Below are positions 25,418 to 39,294 of a stretch of 64,000 nucleotides of DNA, piece by piece. Positions within the stretch are counted from its first letter, which is position 1, and each line of letters begins with the position of its first letter. A program made the translations under genes and the position numbers. The stretch is from NCBI GenBank assembly GCA_951406725.2, contig OX597819.1, positions 81,344,001 to 81,408,000 of the forward strand, in the 5' to 3' direction. Source of the stretch: Octopus vulgaris. Lineage: Eukaryota. A model generated the notes under the pieces. It ran no database searches, had not been told where the DNA came from, and saw nothing but the letters and a program-made list of their open reading frames with translations.

Positions 25418-27863
25418 ATAATATTCGTATATATGTGGGTGTACACACGACGGGCTTCTAAAAATATAAGCCGCAAGTGTCTGAAAAGTAGCTACGTCAC
25501 CCGATTAAATAAGCTCCAGGGTGAAATAAGTATTGTGCTCGATATGATTGACCAAAATCCATTGGAGTTGGTGCTCAATATGGCCGTAGTCCAATGACGG
25601 AAAGCAGTAAAAGAAGTATAAACGAAGATTCTTGTCTAACTAAGCAAGGATACCATTTCTAACATGTTGCTGTTTTTGTTTAATTTAGGCTCCAGTCCTA
25701 GCCATCGCATCCTTTCTTTGTTACTTTCCTTTTTTATTTATTTCTATCTTTCTTTCTTTCTTTATATATATATTTATTGCCAAACACATTTTATCTTACT
25801 TAAGCCCTCCTCTCCCAGTGGAGCTTGGCTATTGACAACTTTTTCTCCATTTTTCTTACTCCATGCTGTCATTTCTTCTCCTAGGCCTTGTTGGTTTTGA
25901 AATTACCCTCGATGCTTCTGTAACTTTGCTTTTTCTTGATAGTGGTGTTCGCTCTACGCAAACACATTTTTATCTCTGGAGGGATTTGGTCGGTTTTAGT
26001 TTAACCTCTTTCCTTTGAGCTGAAGCACAGGATGCGCTACATGGATCTCTCGCTCCGTTGGCTTGGCTCTGAGGATCATTGATGCACACAAACCACTAAA
26101 CCACAACAAGTACTAGACTTTGTGGTTTATCTGGGAGTATATTGTTCAATGTGATCCTCTTTTTAGAATACATTAGTGTGATTTGATGGAGATTTGGTCA
26201 CTATTTCTAGCAAATCGGGTGACTACATAGTGGTACGGTAATCGATACTATGGTTGAACCTATTTTTCCTTCTGAATTAGTAAGATATGTACCATCAATA
26301 TAATGCTGTGAAATCAATTAATAAGTAGCTCTCCCTTTCAATCATGTAGCCTTTTCACGAAGCTTGAATTATTCTTTCTTGAATGGTCCATTGCATAATA
26401 CTGATCGATAATCAATGCTGGAGAAGGAACGAAAGGTAAGGTTGACGCTAGAGCTGCAAATGATTAGATTTAACTTGCTGAAATACGAATCAACCTCTAC
26501 GGTCTTCTTGCTAGAGGTAATTACCAAATATCGCTCAAACAACACCCTGCCGTCTGGCCAAAGGACTCATTAGATAATATAGTTCTAGGTACAGTATACT
26601 TAGAAAAGAAAAAGATGTCGCGATCACAGTTGGAATGTCTGATCAAAGGTTTGCACAATCAATGCTGACTTGCTACTTAAGAACCACAACAGCAAAATTA
26701 TTTCTTTGTCCGGCCAGCGATGGATCTTTTTGGCGGTCGCCGAAATACAAACTTAGCTTTCCCTCAAATACCATACAGCCTTTTTATGACTAGATCATGT
26801 TAGACAATGTAGTCCATGATATAGAATAAGACGAGAGAGTCATGGTTAAAGATGGCCATTGCTCAACCACCAATAGCAAGATTCATACATAGTAAAAGTT
26901 TTACTTGGTCTGTTTTGGGCTCTTCGTTGTTTGTTTTTGAGAAGAGATTTCAGAAACAGTGAATACAACCCTTCGAGTCTTCCTCTTTTCTTTACTGAAA
27001 CAACCCCGTAAAAAAAGGGAAGAAAAAAAGAAAAGAACAGAAAAAAATTATGATATTGAGTATAATTTCATTGAATCATTGATGCAACCAAATGTCGTTA
27101 CAGTTTCAATGAAATCAAAACGAAATTAAACTACAAAAAAAAGAAGAAAAAAATCTATTCTGTTCCAAGTTATCTAAGCTGAAGAAATCCATTTCGAAGA
27201 CCAGAATCGAGTATTTTGTTTTCTTCTCTACTGATTGGACTGATGTCTTATGTCTTAACTGTGACAAGTATGATCAGGGTGTGGAAAGTGAGCAATAAAG
27301 ATGGCCGGCCGACACGGACTACTTAACATATCTGAATGTAAATGATTGCCACATAAAGTAGGAGTAGAATATTAAGTATGAGCCTAGTATAAACATGGTT
27401 ACCGTGCTTTGGCAAAGCAAGATTAATGACAGTGTACGTGTCTAGAATGTCGAACAAAAAAAAATCATAGACGTGTCTGTATTGTTGTGCCAGTATCGCC
27501 ATGTTGCACAGTAGAAACCTATATGTTCATATGTTCATATGTGTGTGCTCGCTCACCAGGACATTAGCGACAGGACTGTCTTGGTGCTGACTCATTAATT
27601 TGTGACTGACTGCAAGTATGTGTGGCTCGAATAGACAGGCAGGCATGCAAACAGATAGACAGGCAAAAACACAGACAGATAGCCAGACAGATAAACACAT
27701 AGACAAACAGACAGGCTGGCAAACAGAATGACTGATAGATACATAAACAGATAGGTCGATAGATAGATAGATAAATGCATGTATTGCTTTAACAATTTAC
27801 TTAAACTTACGTAAGTATAAATACAACCGTTATGTATACACACACATCTACAAGCACATACAT

Positions 27864-28300
27864 ATTCTTTTATTCTTTTACTTGTTCCAGTCATTTGACT
27901 GTGGCCATGCTGCAGTACCACCTTTAGTCGAACAAATCGACCCCCAGGACTTATTCTTTGTAAGCCTAGTATTTCTTTCTCTCTTGCCGAACCACTAAGC
28001 TACGGGAACATAAACACACCAACATCGGTTGTCAAGCGATGGTGGGAGGACAAACGCAGTCACACAATATATATATATATATATATATATATGGGTCCAA
28101 CCCATGCTAGCATGGAAAGTGGGCGTTATACGATGATGATATATATACGACGAGCTTCTTTCAGTTTTCGTCTACCAAATCCACTCACAAGACTTTGGTC
28201 GGCCCGATGCTATAGTAGAAGACATTTGCCCAAGCTGCCACACGGTGGGACAGAACCCAGAACCATGTGGATGGGAAGCAAGCTTCTTACCACACAGCTA
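27864..28300 (-). mobile_element. SINE family A with a short foreign retroelement tail (28092-28140) in its TA tract
   Basis: Reverse complement of the family A consensus; insert ccaacccatgctagcatggaaag...gatgatgat. Confidence 0.8.
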
Positions 28301-28318
28301 CTTTTATAAATATATATA

Positions 28319-28403
<85 letters not shown>

Positions 28404-29572
28404 CAGTATTATATACATATTTATATATTTACACATGTATGTATGTATGTATGTATGTATGTATGTATGAAGTGTACATACCTTCTCGGCATTGCAACCA
28501 CACGCACACACACACTCGACTATTGGCAGACCTAACTCGAATATTTATTTAATCACGGATTCACATATAAACATATACACGTGTGTACAAATATACATTA
28601 ACTATTTGATTTCTGTCTCTCTTTCTCCTTCTCTCTCTCTCTTTATCTCTCTCTCTCCCTCTCCCTCTCACACACACACACATTCTCAATACCAATATAT
28701 CCATTATATGTATGCATGTATGTATGTATATATGTAACAGTAGCGTTCCATGCATGAATGCAAGGCGTGCTGTGCATACATAAGATATATCAATGAATGC
28801 AAAAACAAATGAGGTAATAGTGTAAATCTTGTATTGTTATGAGATACAGACGAAAGAAGGTGCATTCACGTTATACGTACCCTATTTCTATTATGTAGCT
28901 TCAATTTTTAACAACGCTTGTACTGGAGTAGGTACCAGAAATTGTCGCTGATGCCCATGTAAACACACATGTGCGTGCGTATGTGTGTGTGTGTGTCCAT
29001 ACATATTCACGACCCCCACACACACACACAAAATTTTCGTTTCCCTGTTTTTCCTTTTTTTTTCTTCATTCTTTTCTCCGTCTACTTTCTTTTTCCTCTA
29101 AGCAGTTATGACAGCGATAACTGGAACGCAAGATTTCTACGTTCATATTTGAATTTTTCTTTTTTTTTGTATTTCTGTAGTCTTATTTGCTTTGGTCATT
29201 CCCTAACTTGATGGGCATATAACAACAAGGCAGACGACTCTAAAAATCTGTAGTGAGACATAACTTTATCGATGTACCTGATGAGACCCTGACTGCAAAG
29301 TTTATACAACACAACATGTTGAATGGAATCCCACACATAAAGGACAATAGCAGGATGGATCGAAACGAATATTGTACGCAATTAAAGTTTAATACTCAAT
29401 CCATCTCCTGTTAATTAATATAATTAATTACCTTAACTTCCACTGCGGAGTTCTTGAAGCAAATCCAACGGAAGTGTACCACGACTGCAGATGACAACAG
29501 GTAGCCTAAACTGTGCCGGTGCTCAACTCAATATTTAAACACACTAATCGACTTATACTTATTAGTCTAAAA

Positions 29573-29655
<83 letters not shown>

Positions 29656-29754
29656 GTTATCATTATTATTATTAATATTATTATTTATGTGTGTGCGTGT
29701 GTGTATATATACATACATATTTATATATTCAGATAGACTGATTTCAGACAGACA

Positions 29755-29789
<35 letters not shown>

Positions 29790-29924
29790 CATAGACAGAG
29801 AGAAATAATTGTGTGTGTGTGTGTGTGTGTGTGTGTAAGTGTGTGTGCATATATATGAGTATATCTATGAGTGTGTGTAGAAAAATGCATTTGTGGTGGT
29901 ATATATGTATACATATGTGTATGC

Positions 29925-29977
<53 letters not shown>

Positions 29978-30269
29978 GCTACCCGCAATGCACACCACAC
30001 ACACACACACATACATGTGCATACATACGTATACGAAACTTTATGTTCTTCAAATGAATAAATAGATAAAATCGACGGTGTGTATTCTTTTGTTAGTTCT
30101 ATAAACTTTTTAGTGTCATAAGATTCTGCTGACACGCATACCCTTAGCATAATTCGCGGGTGGAATAAGTGTAGCACAATAAGAGAAAGCTGGACTTTTG
30201 AATTCCTGCGATAGACCATTCGGTGCGCATCTGTATAGTTTCTATCTATCCGATTTGGAGTCAACCCAA

Positions 30270-30657
30270 CTCTTTTACTTGTTTCAATCATTTGACTGCG
30301 GCCATGCTGGAGCACCGACTTTAATCGAGCAACTCGACCCCGGGACTTATTCTTTTGTAAGCCCAGTACTTATTCTATCGGTCCCTTTTGCCGAACCTCT
30401 AAGTGACGGGGACATAAACACACCAGCATCGGTTGTCAAGTAATGCTAGGGGGGCAAACACAGACTCACAAACACACACGCATATATATATACATATATA
30501 CGACGGGCTCCTTTTCAGTTTCCGTCTACCAAATCCACTCACAAGGCTTTGGTCGGCCCGAGGCTATAGTAGAAGACACTTGCCCAAGGTGCCACGCAGT
30601 GGGACTGAACCCGGAACCATGTGGCTGGTAAACAAGCTACTCACCACACAGCCACTC
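30270..30657 (-). mobile_element. SINE family A, near full length
   Basis: High identity to 40829-41228 and 56652-57068. Confidence 0.9.
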
Positions 30658-30732
30658 ATTCAAGATACTACACATTGTGGATCGAACTCGAGAACTTGTA
30701 ATTTTTCCTGAAGCAGGGTGTACATTTAGTTG

Positions 30733-31385
30733 TAGGCATGGCTGTGCGGTTAAGAATCACGCTTGGTAACCACTTGGTTTTGAGTTCAGTTTCACTACGC
30801 GGCACTTCTGTAATTGTTATCTACTAAAATTCTGAGCCGACCGATGCGTTGTGAGGGAAAATCGCAGACGGAAACTGTATGGAAGGCCTTAGTTTGTTTA
30901 CGTTCCTGTACGTAAGTGGTTCGGTAAATGGAATCGATATAATAAGTACTGTCTTTAAAAAATAAGTACTGGAATCAGTTTGTTCTCTAAAATCCTTCAA
31001 GGCGTTGCCCAAGCATGGTCGCAGTCCATTGACAGAAACAAATAAAAAATATAAAAGATGTGTTTGTGTGTCTTCCTCCACGCCGCTTCACAACTGGTGT
31101 TGGTTTATTTACGTCCTCGTAACTTAGTAGTTCGGTGAAAGAGCGAGATGGAATGAGAACCAGACAGACGTAGATAAAAAAAAACGTGCTAGGGAAGATC
31201 TATTCGACTAAAACCCTTCAAGGCAGTGCTGCAGTATGGGCACAATCAATTGACTGAATCAAGTGAAAGGATATAAAAGATTTGTGTGCGCGCATGCGCG
31301 TGCTGGGGGAGATTTGTTCGACTAAAACCCTTCAAGGTGGTGCTGCAGTATGGCCACAGTCCAATAATCAAAACAAATAAAAGAT
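30733..31385. mobile_element. Cluster of older, rearranged SINE family A fragments in both orientations
   Basis: Diverged head at 30733(+), inverted middle, repeated tails. Confidence 0.65.
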
Positions 31386-31786
31386 AACAAATAAATGATA
31401 GTTTCACCGACAGCTACAACAATAAAATCAGGCTAATGTCCATCTTCGTCAATATCAACATCTAAAATACATTAATATCAAGAACAAGAAGATTTGTAGA
31501 TGAAATAAAGACTTCAAAACCATATAACATGTGTCCCAATGACAAAAACATGACCGTCAAAGTAAAAATATGTTGTTCATTCAGTCCTAATAGTTTGACG
31601 GAAATGTCAGAAAGGGAAGTGGGAGAATGAAGTAGTGAAAACACGAGGCGAAATATTCGTTCTGATTATATCATATAGCATATAATTAATAGATATTCTA
31701 TCTTGTGTTTTGTCGTATTAACGGTTTGTCTTACGATAGCTTCTCTTTGTCTAAATCTCCTCTGTCCCACCTCTCTCTTACACACA

Positions 31787-31860
<74 letters not shown>

Positions 31861-31971
31861 TCATCTATCTATCTATCTATCTATCTACTTATCTATGTCT
31901 GTCTGTCAGTCTGTCAATATGCGTTGTATGTGTGCATGCGCGTGTATGCATGTGTGCGTGTGTTTTCCCTT

Positions 31972-32350
31972 ATTCTTTTTTTTACTTGAGTCATTTGATG
32001 GCGGCCATGCTGGAGCACCGCCTTTAGTCGAACAAATCGACCCCAGAACTTATTCTTTGTAAGCCTAGTACTTATTCTATCGGTCTCTTTTGCCGATCTG
32101 CTAAATTTACGGGGATGTAAACACACCAACATCGGTTTTCAAGCGATGGTGGGGTGACAAACACAGACGCACCAACACACACAGACATACGACGGGCTTC
32201 TTTCAGTTTCCGGTTACCAGATCCATTCACAATGCTTTGGTCGGCCTGAGGCTATAGTAGAAGACACTTGCTCAAGGTGCCATGCAGTGGGACTGAACCC
32301 GGAACCATGTGGTTGGTAAGTAAGTTACTTACCACACAGCTACGCCTGCG

Positions 32351-32353
<3 letters not shown>
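31972..32353 (-). mobile_element. SINE family A, full length
   Basis: Reverse complement of the consensus, head at 32353. Confidence 0.9.
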
Positions 32354-32394
<41 letters not shown>

Positions 32395-32539
32395 AACACA
32401 AATATATGCATTAACATGTAGGTGTATGTATATGTACGTGTGTGTATATGTATGTATGTATGTATGTATATGTATACATATATGCATATACACATACATA
32501 CACACATACATATATACGCACATACATATATACATACAT

Positions 32540-33170
32540 TATATAATGAAATCCGCCGAAAGGATAACCTCGAGGACAAAGAAATAAGAACCCACAATAT
32601 GGTAGAAGGCATAGCCACTCATAATAAAAAGGAGTATTGGTAGAATGTCCCGTTGAAATCTTAATAATATGTAAACACAATAGACTTGATATAATGATCT
32701 GGGATAGAGAAGAAAAGCGTATAGTTGTGGAAATCAGCTCCTCAGCGGATGTTAACATAAAGCTGAAGGTCAGTGAAAAAGTGAACCTCCGCTGAACTAT
32801 TGAGAAATTTAGAGTTACTTTATCCAGATTACAAGTTCAGGTTTGTACCTGTAATTATTGGGAGTACTGGGATATGTAACACACTGCCTAAATAACTATA
32901 CTGAGAAATTAGGCTTCTCAAAACCAGAAAGAAGAAAGCTGATTCGAAGACTACAGATCCAAGCCATCATTGTAAAAATCTGCAAAACTTTCCAGAAGTT
33001 CATCATTTAAGTGTATATGACCATGTCTAGATATGCAAGAATATGGATGAAAATACATACATAGAAACAAAAATACCCTGTTGATGTTGTTGAAATTCCA
33101 ATGAAAGAGTCTTGGATCTACGTAAGGAACCGGCTCTTACCCTATTGGTAAGAAATCTTGAACTACAACT
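32540..33170 (+). mobile_element. RLE-type LINE 3' remnant (restriction-like endonuclease plus 3' UTR)
   Basis: KEYW*NVP...CKHNRLDIMIWDREEK..VVEISS.ADVNI.LK..EK...LLRNL.LLYPDYKFRFVPVIIG; degenerate PD-(D/E) nuclease. Confidence 0.75.
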
Positions 33171-33189
33171 GAATATTGACATACATATC

Positions 33190-33760
33190 TTCCAGATGTT
33201 TTCCCATGAAACAATGCGGTGCCAAAAAGGACTGGAACAGAATAACAAAAAAGAAAATAATGTACAAACTAAGTTGACCATATAGAGAAAGAACATTGGT
33301 GGAACTTAAAAATTAAAACAGCCACTAAATTAAAACACAACCTGCCAGATATCGTTGTGTGAGACAACAAAGAAAATATATGTTCTATTGTGGAAATCAG
33401 CTACCCTCTGGACACCAATGTGGTTAGAAAACTACAAGAGAAAGAGAACATCTATAGATCACTGATAAGGAATTTGAAAATCCAGTACTCAAGATACACT
33501 CTCAGCCTCGGAGCAACAGGATACACACCAACTCGTCTGGAGTAAAATATGGCTGAACTTGAGATCTTGGGATGGGAATACAAATCCTTGATTCATATGC
33601 TACAAAGGATTACTATAAATGGGACTATAAAAATCTGCGATTAAGATTGAAAAGATGATGGTTAAAAGATACTTTTCCTCACAACCTTGCTACTAAGTAG
33701 GTGGCCGGTCAAAATTTACTCTAAATTAAAAAGAGAAAAAGAACATACGTGCCAGCTCCT
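33190..33760 (+). mobile_element. Second, related RLE-type LINE endonuclease remnant
   Basis: EHWWN..IKTATKLKHNLPDIVV*DNKENICSIVEISYPLDTNVVRKLQEKENIYRSLIRNL. Confidence 0.75.
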
Positions 33761-33923
33761 TCCTCAGAGGAAGAATTTAAATAATTAAAAACAGAAATGC
33801 GCATACATTCATATATATATATATATATATATATGTATAAGGGTGGAAAGGAACACACGAGTTGATATATATGAAAAAACAAGTCAAAAATAGAAAATGC
33901 TAAGATAATTTTATAGTGAATCT

Positions 33924-33965
33924 TTCAGTACCGGTTTCGGTCATTTTGAGACCTTTTCAACTGTA
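33924..33965 (-). ncRNA. Minimal hammerhead ribozyme motif with U3-A8 core
   Basis: cag TTGAAAA ggtc-tcaaaat-gacc GAAAC CG GTA ctg. Confidence 0.7.
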
Positions 33966-34617
33966 ACGATTAAATAATTAAATTTAGAAAAATTAGAAGA
34001 AAAGTTTTTTTAAAAGAATATTTCTATAGTAGTGTTCAGATATAAGTAGCATTCTGCCTTTCTCTGACTCCCTTGTTTGCACTTGTGTGTTCGAGGTCGT
34101 TGTGAGTTCTTGGTAGGGTAGGTGAAGAATAAGGAGGCTGATGTGGAGAGGGGGTGGGGAAATCTGGGAATGCCTTGATGGTCGTATTTTGAATGGTCAG
34201 TGGCTGACAGCAGTCGCAGTTCAATTCAGGAATTGTTTATGGAATTTGCGTAGGCGTTATACTGAAAGACATTAGTGACAAGGTTAAGGGGTGGAAGGTG
34301 GAGAAGTAGAAGAAGAAGAAGATGACGATGTTGATGATGATGATGATGATGAAGAAGAAGAAGAAGAAGAAGAAGAAGAAGAAGAAGAAGAAGAAGGAGA
34401 AGGAGAAGATGATGGTGATGATGGTGGTGATGATGATGACGACGATGATGATGATAATGATGATGATGAAGAAGAAGAGGAAGAAGAAGAAAAAAACAGA
34501 GAAGGGAGAATATGAATGGGTGAAAGTATAGCTGTGATGGGGCTGATTAGTAATGGATTCTATGGAGTGTAATATTTGTGTGTGTATATATTTCTTTTAT
34601 TCTAAAGTTGAGGTGTA

Positions 34618-35278
34618 TTAATTGTTTGTCGTAGATCCGTTAAGAAGTGGCCTGTATTTTGTAATAAAGAGATTTTCTTTACTTATTCGTTGTCTCGAGG
34701 TTGTATCGTCCCTAAATTGGTAGAGGGGGAAAATCCTGAAGTTTGGTGTTTTTTTGTTGGCGCAAGTATCTATGTGTTGGCTAAAAGCTATTTTTCTGTT
34801 TTGGGGAATTTTTATCTGGGATCTGTGCAGGGCCATTCGTTTACGCAAACCATTTTTTGTTTGGCCTATGTACTGCTCTTGACACCCGGAGCAGGTTAGT
34901 GAGTATATTAGGTTCTCTGAAGCACATGTGAAGTTGCTTTTCACTGTAAACCGTTGTCCCTGTTTGAAGGAGAACTCTGATCCCTCAATTAGATAGTCGC
35001 ATATCCCGCAATTGGGTCTTCCACATTTTTTTACTGTCGGCTTCTGTGTTGAAGAGTGAATTCGGGCTTGTGTTAGGAGACTTTTCATGGATCTAGGCTG
35101 TCTTTTGCTTTTTATGATCGTGTGTGTTTGGAGGATTGTGTTCATTCTGTGGTCTTTTTTTAGGAGGGGTATGTTGTGGAGGATGGTGCCGAAGGCTTCG
35201 TTATTGAGAGGGTTGTGTGTGGAGATGTATGGTAAGGCTTTTGGTTGTAAGTTTTTCTTTGATTTGGGATGTCTCAGT
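34618..35278 (-). pseudogene. PLE ORF C-terminus: linker, Cys-rich motif and GIY-YIG endonuclease (open 34618-35145, frameshift upstream)
   Basis: LPYISTHNP...(frameshift)...IKSKRQPRSMKSLLT...CGRPNCGIC...FTCASENLIYSLTCSGCQEQYIGQT...RMALH...H...E..FI..YRPLLN. Confidence 0.9.
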
Positions 35279-35443
35279 TCTTCACCTACCCTACCAAGAA
35301 CTCAAAACGACCTCGAACACACAAGTGCAAACAAGGGAGTCAGAGAAAGGTAGAATGCTACTTATATCTGAACACTACTATAGAAATATTCTTTTAAAAC
35401 AACTTTTCTTCTAATTTTTCTAAATTTAATTATTTAATCGTTA

Positions 35444-35481
35444 CAGTTGAAAAGGTCTCAAAATGACCGAAACCGCTACTG
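35444..35481 (+). ncRNA. Inverted-pLTR copy of the U3-A8 hammerhead motif, stem III mutated
   Basis: cag TTGAAAA ggtc-tcaaaat-gacc GAAAC CG CTA ctg. Confidence 0.55.
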
Positions 35482-36114
35482 AAAGATTCACTATAAAATT
35501 ATCTTAGCATTTTCTATTTTTGACTTGTTTTTTCATATATATATATATATATATATAATTTTAATCCAAACGGGAAACAAAAAAACAACAACAATGGAAC
35601 AATTACAGTATTATTATTAATAGGCGCTCAGGAAATGGAAGCATATATGCATACAAACACTAATATGCATGCATACATACAACCAATTGCATTATCAACC
35701 CCGCAGAGGCCACCAACGTTATTGTAAGCTCCCACTGGTTCTCGGTGCCGTCTTAAAGCACACAGGTAGTTGTCCAGGAGCCACACAGGCCTAAGGCCTA
35801 ATTCTGATCCATGTATGCATGCTGTCAACAAATAACTATATAAATAGGGCCCAGTGCGTTGATTTACTTGGGAGCCTAGAATGCTGCTCAGACGGCTCAG
35901 CTGCTACTATCACTTTTGTTGATGTTAATGCATTCTCTCTATAAAACTGCTGTTGGTCTGTCATTCCACCCACCCTCATTGCAACTGATTTTGCACCCAC
36001 CCGAATTGCTTCTGATGGTCATTTAGGCTTTTCTTTTTACTGTTGCTGCTGATGTTGCTGATGTTGATCATGATGCTCCCGCTGATCATGGTGCTACTGA
36101 TGTTGCATCCACCC

Positions 36115-36548
36115 TTAAGTCGGTGAGTTGGCAGAATCGTACGGCGCCGGGTTAAATACTTAGCAGCATTTCGTCCGTCTTCACGTGTTAAGTTCAAATT
36201 CTGCCGACGTCTATTTTCCTTTCATTCTTCCAGTGTCGATAGAATAAGTAGCAGGTGAGCACCCTCCACCCACCAGCTCAGAAATTGCTGGCCTTGTGCT
36301 AAAATTTGAAACCGATGTTACATCCACCCTTTAGTCGGTAAGGTGACATAATCGTTACTGCACCGGACAAAATTCTTTGCGGCACTTGGTCCGTCTTCAC
36401 GTTATGATTTCAAATGCCGCTGAGGTTGACTTTGCTTTCCATCGTTTCAGAGTCGACAAAATAACTACCAGTTGCGCATTGGAGTCAATGTAATCGGTTT
36501 ATCCCCTCCTCCGAACTAGCTGGCTTTGTACCATAACTTGGAACTAGT
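36115..36548 (+). mobile_element. Two tandem diverged SINE family B copies
   Basis: Two heads and cores, each preceded by catccaccc/ttaagtcggt-like sequence. Confidence 0.75.
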
Positions 36549-37710
36549 ATTACCTTCACCTTTAATGAAGCCGTTGTTCTCGCTGTCAACAAATACTTAA
36601 TTGTTGTTACTGGTTTGTGTGTTGTATAACTCGTGGACATCCTTCCAGTCCTCTGGCTGCTGCTCACTTATAAGAACATGTTATTAATGATGACATGCTC
36701 ACAGTCACCTTGACTGTTACAGCCACCTTGACCGTTGTTGTTGTAGTCATTATCAATGAAGTGCACCTTTGTTATTACTACGGTCATTATCAATGATGAG
36801 TACCTTTGTTGTTGTTGACGCTGTCATCACATCTGACCTTATTGTTGTTATGTGTTGCCATTACATCGCATGTTGTTCTTCAGCTGTTGTTGTTGTTAAG
36901 CAGCAAGACGAGTAAGGGTGATTAGGTGATGGTCTAGGGCTTAGGGGCGGGAGACCCCAGACCTTGGAAAAAAAACAAAAAAACTTTGGTCGTCTTGTTG
37001 TAGTCGAGGGCTCTTCGTTGACGCCCGACACCACTGGGAGGTGCCCCTCAAAGTCGCTGGAAATGGAGATCTCCAGGTCCAAATTCTTGAACGGCTGTTG
37101 CTGCTGCTGTTATTTTTGACTAATCTTCACTATAATATCTGGAACTACAGAATCCGATGTGTTCTTCCTTTTTTCAAGAAGAGAGGATGTTATTGGAAGG
37201 ATGATTTGTCTCTTTCTTCTAACGTTCATGTAACGGCTCCTTCTCTGAATTAGGCTATTGCTGTTGTTTAAAGACGGAAAGAATTCCAGGCATGACCATC
37301 CACTCGATTTCTTTGCAAAAAGGAATGACGTATGTTAGAGCACGTTATCCTCGATTTCGATTTCACTACTATTTCTAGCAAATCGAGCAACCGCATAGAG
37401 CATGACTGCTGTTGCTGTTGCCGCTGCCTTCGTAGCACGTTATTACTGCTCTGTTATTTACACCTTAAAGAAGATTAAGTGCTATTCTTGCTGCTGCCAC
37501 TGGTGTTATTACTGCTACTACTACTACTGCCGCTATTCTTTGTTTTCACGTTCTCCGAAATACTCCTGTAACTGCTACCGCTGTTATATTAACTGCTGTC
37601 ACTGCTACCGACACCTTTGCTGTTACTGCTGTGGCGGCCATCACCATACCGACATTGGTGATAGGATGTGTGTGTAAGTGTGTGTGTGTATGTGTGTGTG
37701 CACGCGTGTG

Positions 37711-37742
<32 letters not shown>

Positions 37743-37892
37743 CCTCTCCCCCTTTTTTTAACCCCCCCCCTTTTTTGTCCTCTTTCATTTTCAATACACC
37801 TTAATATATATCCACTTTTATTACTGTTGCTTCTGCTATTCTTGCTGCTGCTGCTACTGGTGTTATTACTGCTACTACTACTGCCGCTATTC

Positions 37893-37974
37893 TTTTTTAA
37901 ACCTTCAAAAGAAAAGCTCTACCTTGTAATTTGTTCTATCTGTGTGCAGCCCTGTGTGGCTAATAAAGAAACAT

Positions 37975-37975
<1 letters not shown>
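37893..37975 (+). mobile_element. Short retroelement 3' end with AATAAA inserted at (TATC)n; shorter copy at 49184-49218
   Basis: tctgt.t.cagccctgtgtggctaataaa.gaaa followed by (TATC)n at both sites. Confidence 0.65.
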
Positions 37976-38246
<271 letters not shown>

Positions 38247-38558
38247 TTTGTACGTATACGTATATATATGCATATATATATATATATATGTGTGTGTGTG
38301 TATATATATAAACGTATGTATATATAAATGTGTTTGTGTGTGCGCGTGCGCAATTGTGTGTGTAGATGTATATTTCTATTTACATTGTTGATGTCTTAGG
38401 AATTTTAAGAACTTTAGGGGGAATGTGAAATAATTCTTTCTGAAATAATGCCTCTCGAAGCAGATATGAAATTATCAATAGTAAAAGTAAATATTTTGTT
38501 GAAAAACATTTTTGAATACGAAAATATGTGTATGAGTGTGTATAATTGTGTGTGTATA

Positions 38559-38880
38559 TCTATATATATGTATAAAATTAAGAATGTATGTCTGTCTATC
38601 TGTATGTGTGCATCACTAAAACTCGAGAACTACCCAACCGATTTCATTCAAATTATACAAATGCACTACTTAGGGTCCATGGAGTGTTATGGGTCAACAA
38701 AATATTTTTAATTTCTTGCCTGATGCGAGCAATATCTTAGACCATAGGTTCTACCGTGCCACCCTGGTGGGCGTTGAGAGGGTGAGATGGGTGCTGGTGT
38801 CTAAGGGAGTAGTGCGGGGGCGGTAGAGAAAAAGGAGACATTGGGAGGCGGGCAGTGGTTTAAGGGGCGCTATGAATTTA
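38559..38880 (+). mobile_element. Helitron-like non-autonomous element 5' portion
   Basis: TCtatatat..ataaaattaagaatg...gtctgtct...aaaactcgagaactacccaaccgatttcattcaaa, a typical 5' TC terminus architecture. Confidence 0.5.
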
Positions 38881-38884
38881 TAAC

Positions 38885-38973
<89 letters not shown>

Positions 38974-39008
38974 ATGTATGCATATATATATATATATTAT
39001 ATATATGT

Positions 39009-39061
<53 letters not shown>

Positions 39062-39294
39062 AAACGAAGAATTATTCCCACAGTCCCCTCGACTTGCTAG
39101 AAATTGTAGCTGAATAACTTCAAATCATAGACTGCTGTCTTTAAATAAATGAAGGACACACTAGCTAATGTAAATCTAAATATGCAAAAAAAACTAAAAA
39201 ATAAAACTTATTTGATCAAAGCTGAAATGCTTTTAGTCGTACCTGTGCTCAGCTATTGTGGGTTAAACCAATTGTTTCAAAAACTGGCAAAACA

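Larger units (their letters stand above)
33838..35540 (-). mobile_element. 5'-truncated Neptune-type Penelope-like element with an inverted partial pLTR at its 5' side, in (TA)n
   Basis: Endonuclease ORF on minus, 3' UTR with (GAA)n/(GAT)n, pLTR at about 33838-34128(-), near-identical inverted copy at 35279-35540(+). TA tracts on both sides. Confidence 0.9.

Noticed and set aside
30433-30711. Recurrent short ORFs such as [22 protein letters not shown] found at many loci
   Set aside because: Antisense translations of SINE family A, not a gene family.
34291-34515. Acidic D/E-rich ORF
   Set aside because: Antisense reading of the (GAA)n/(GAT)n tract in the PLE 3' UTR.
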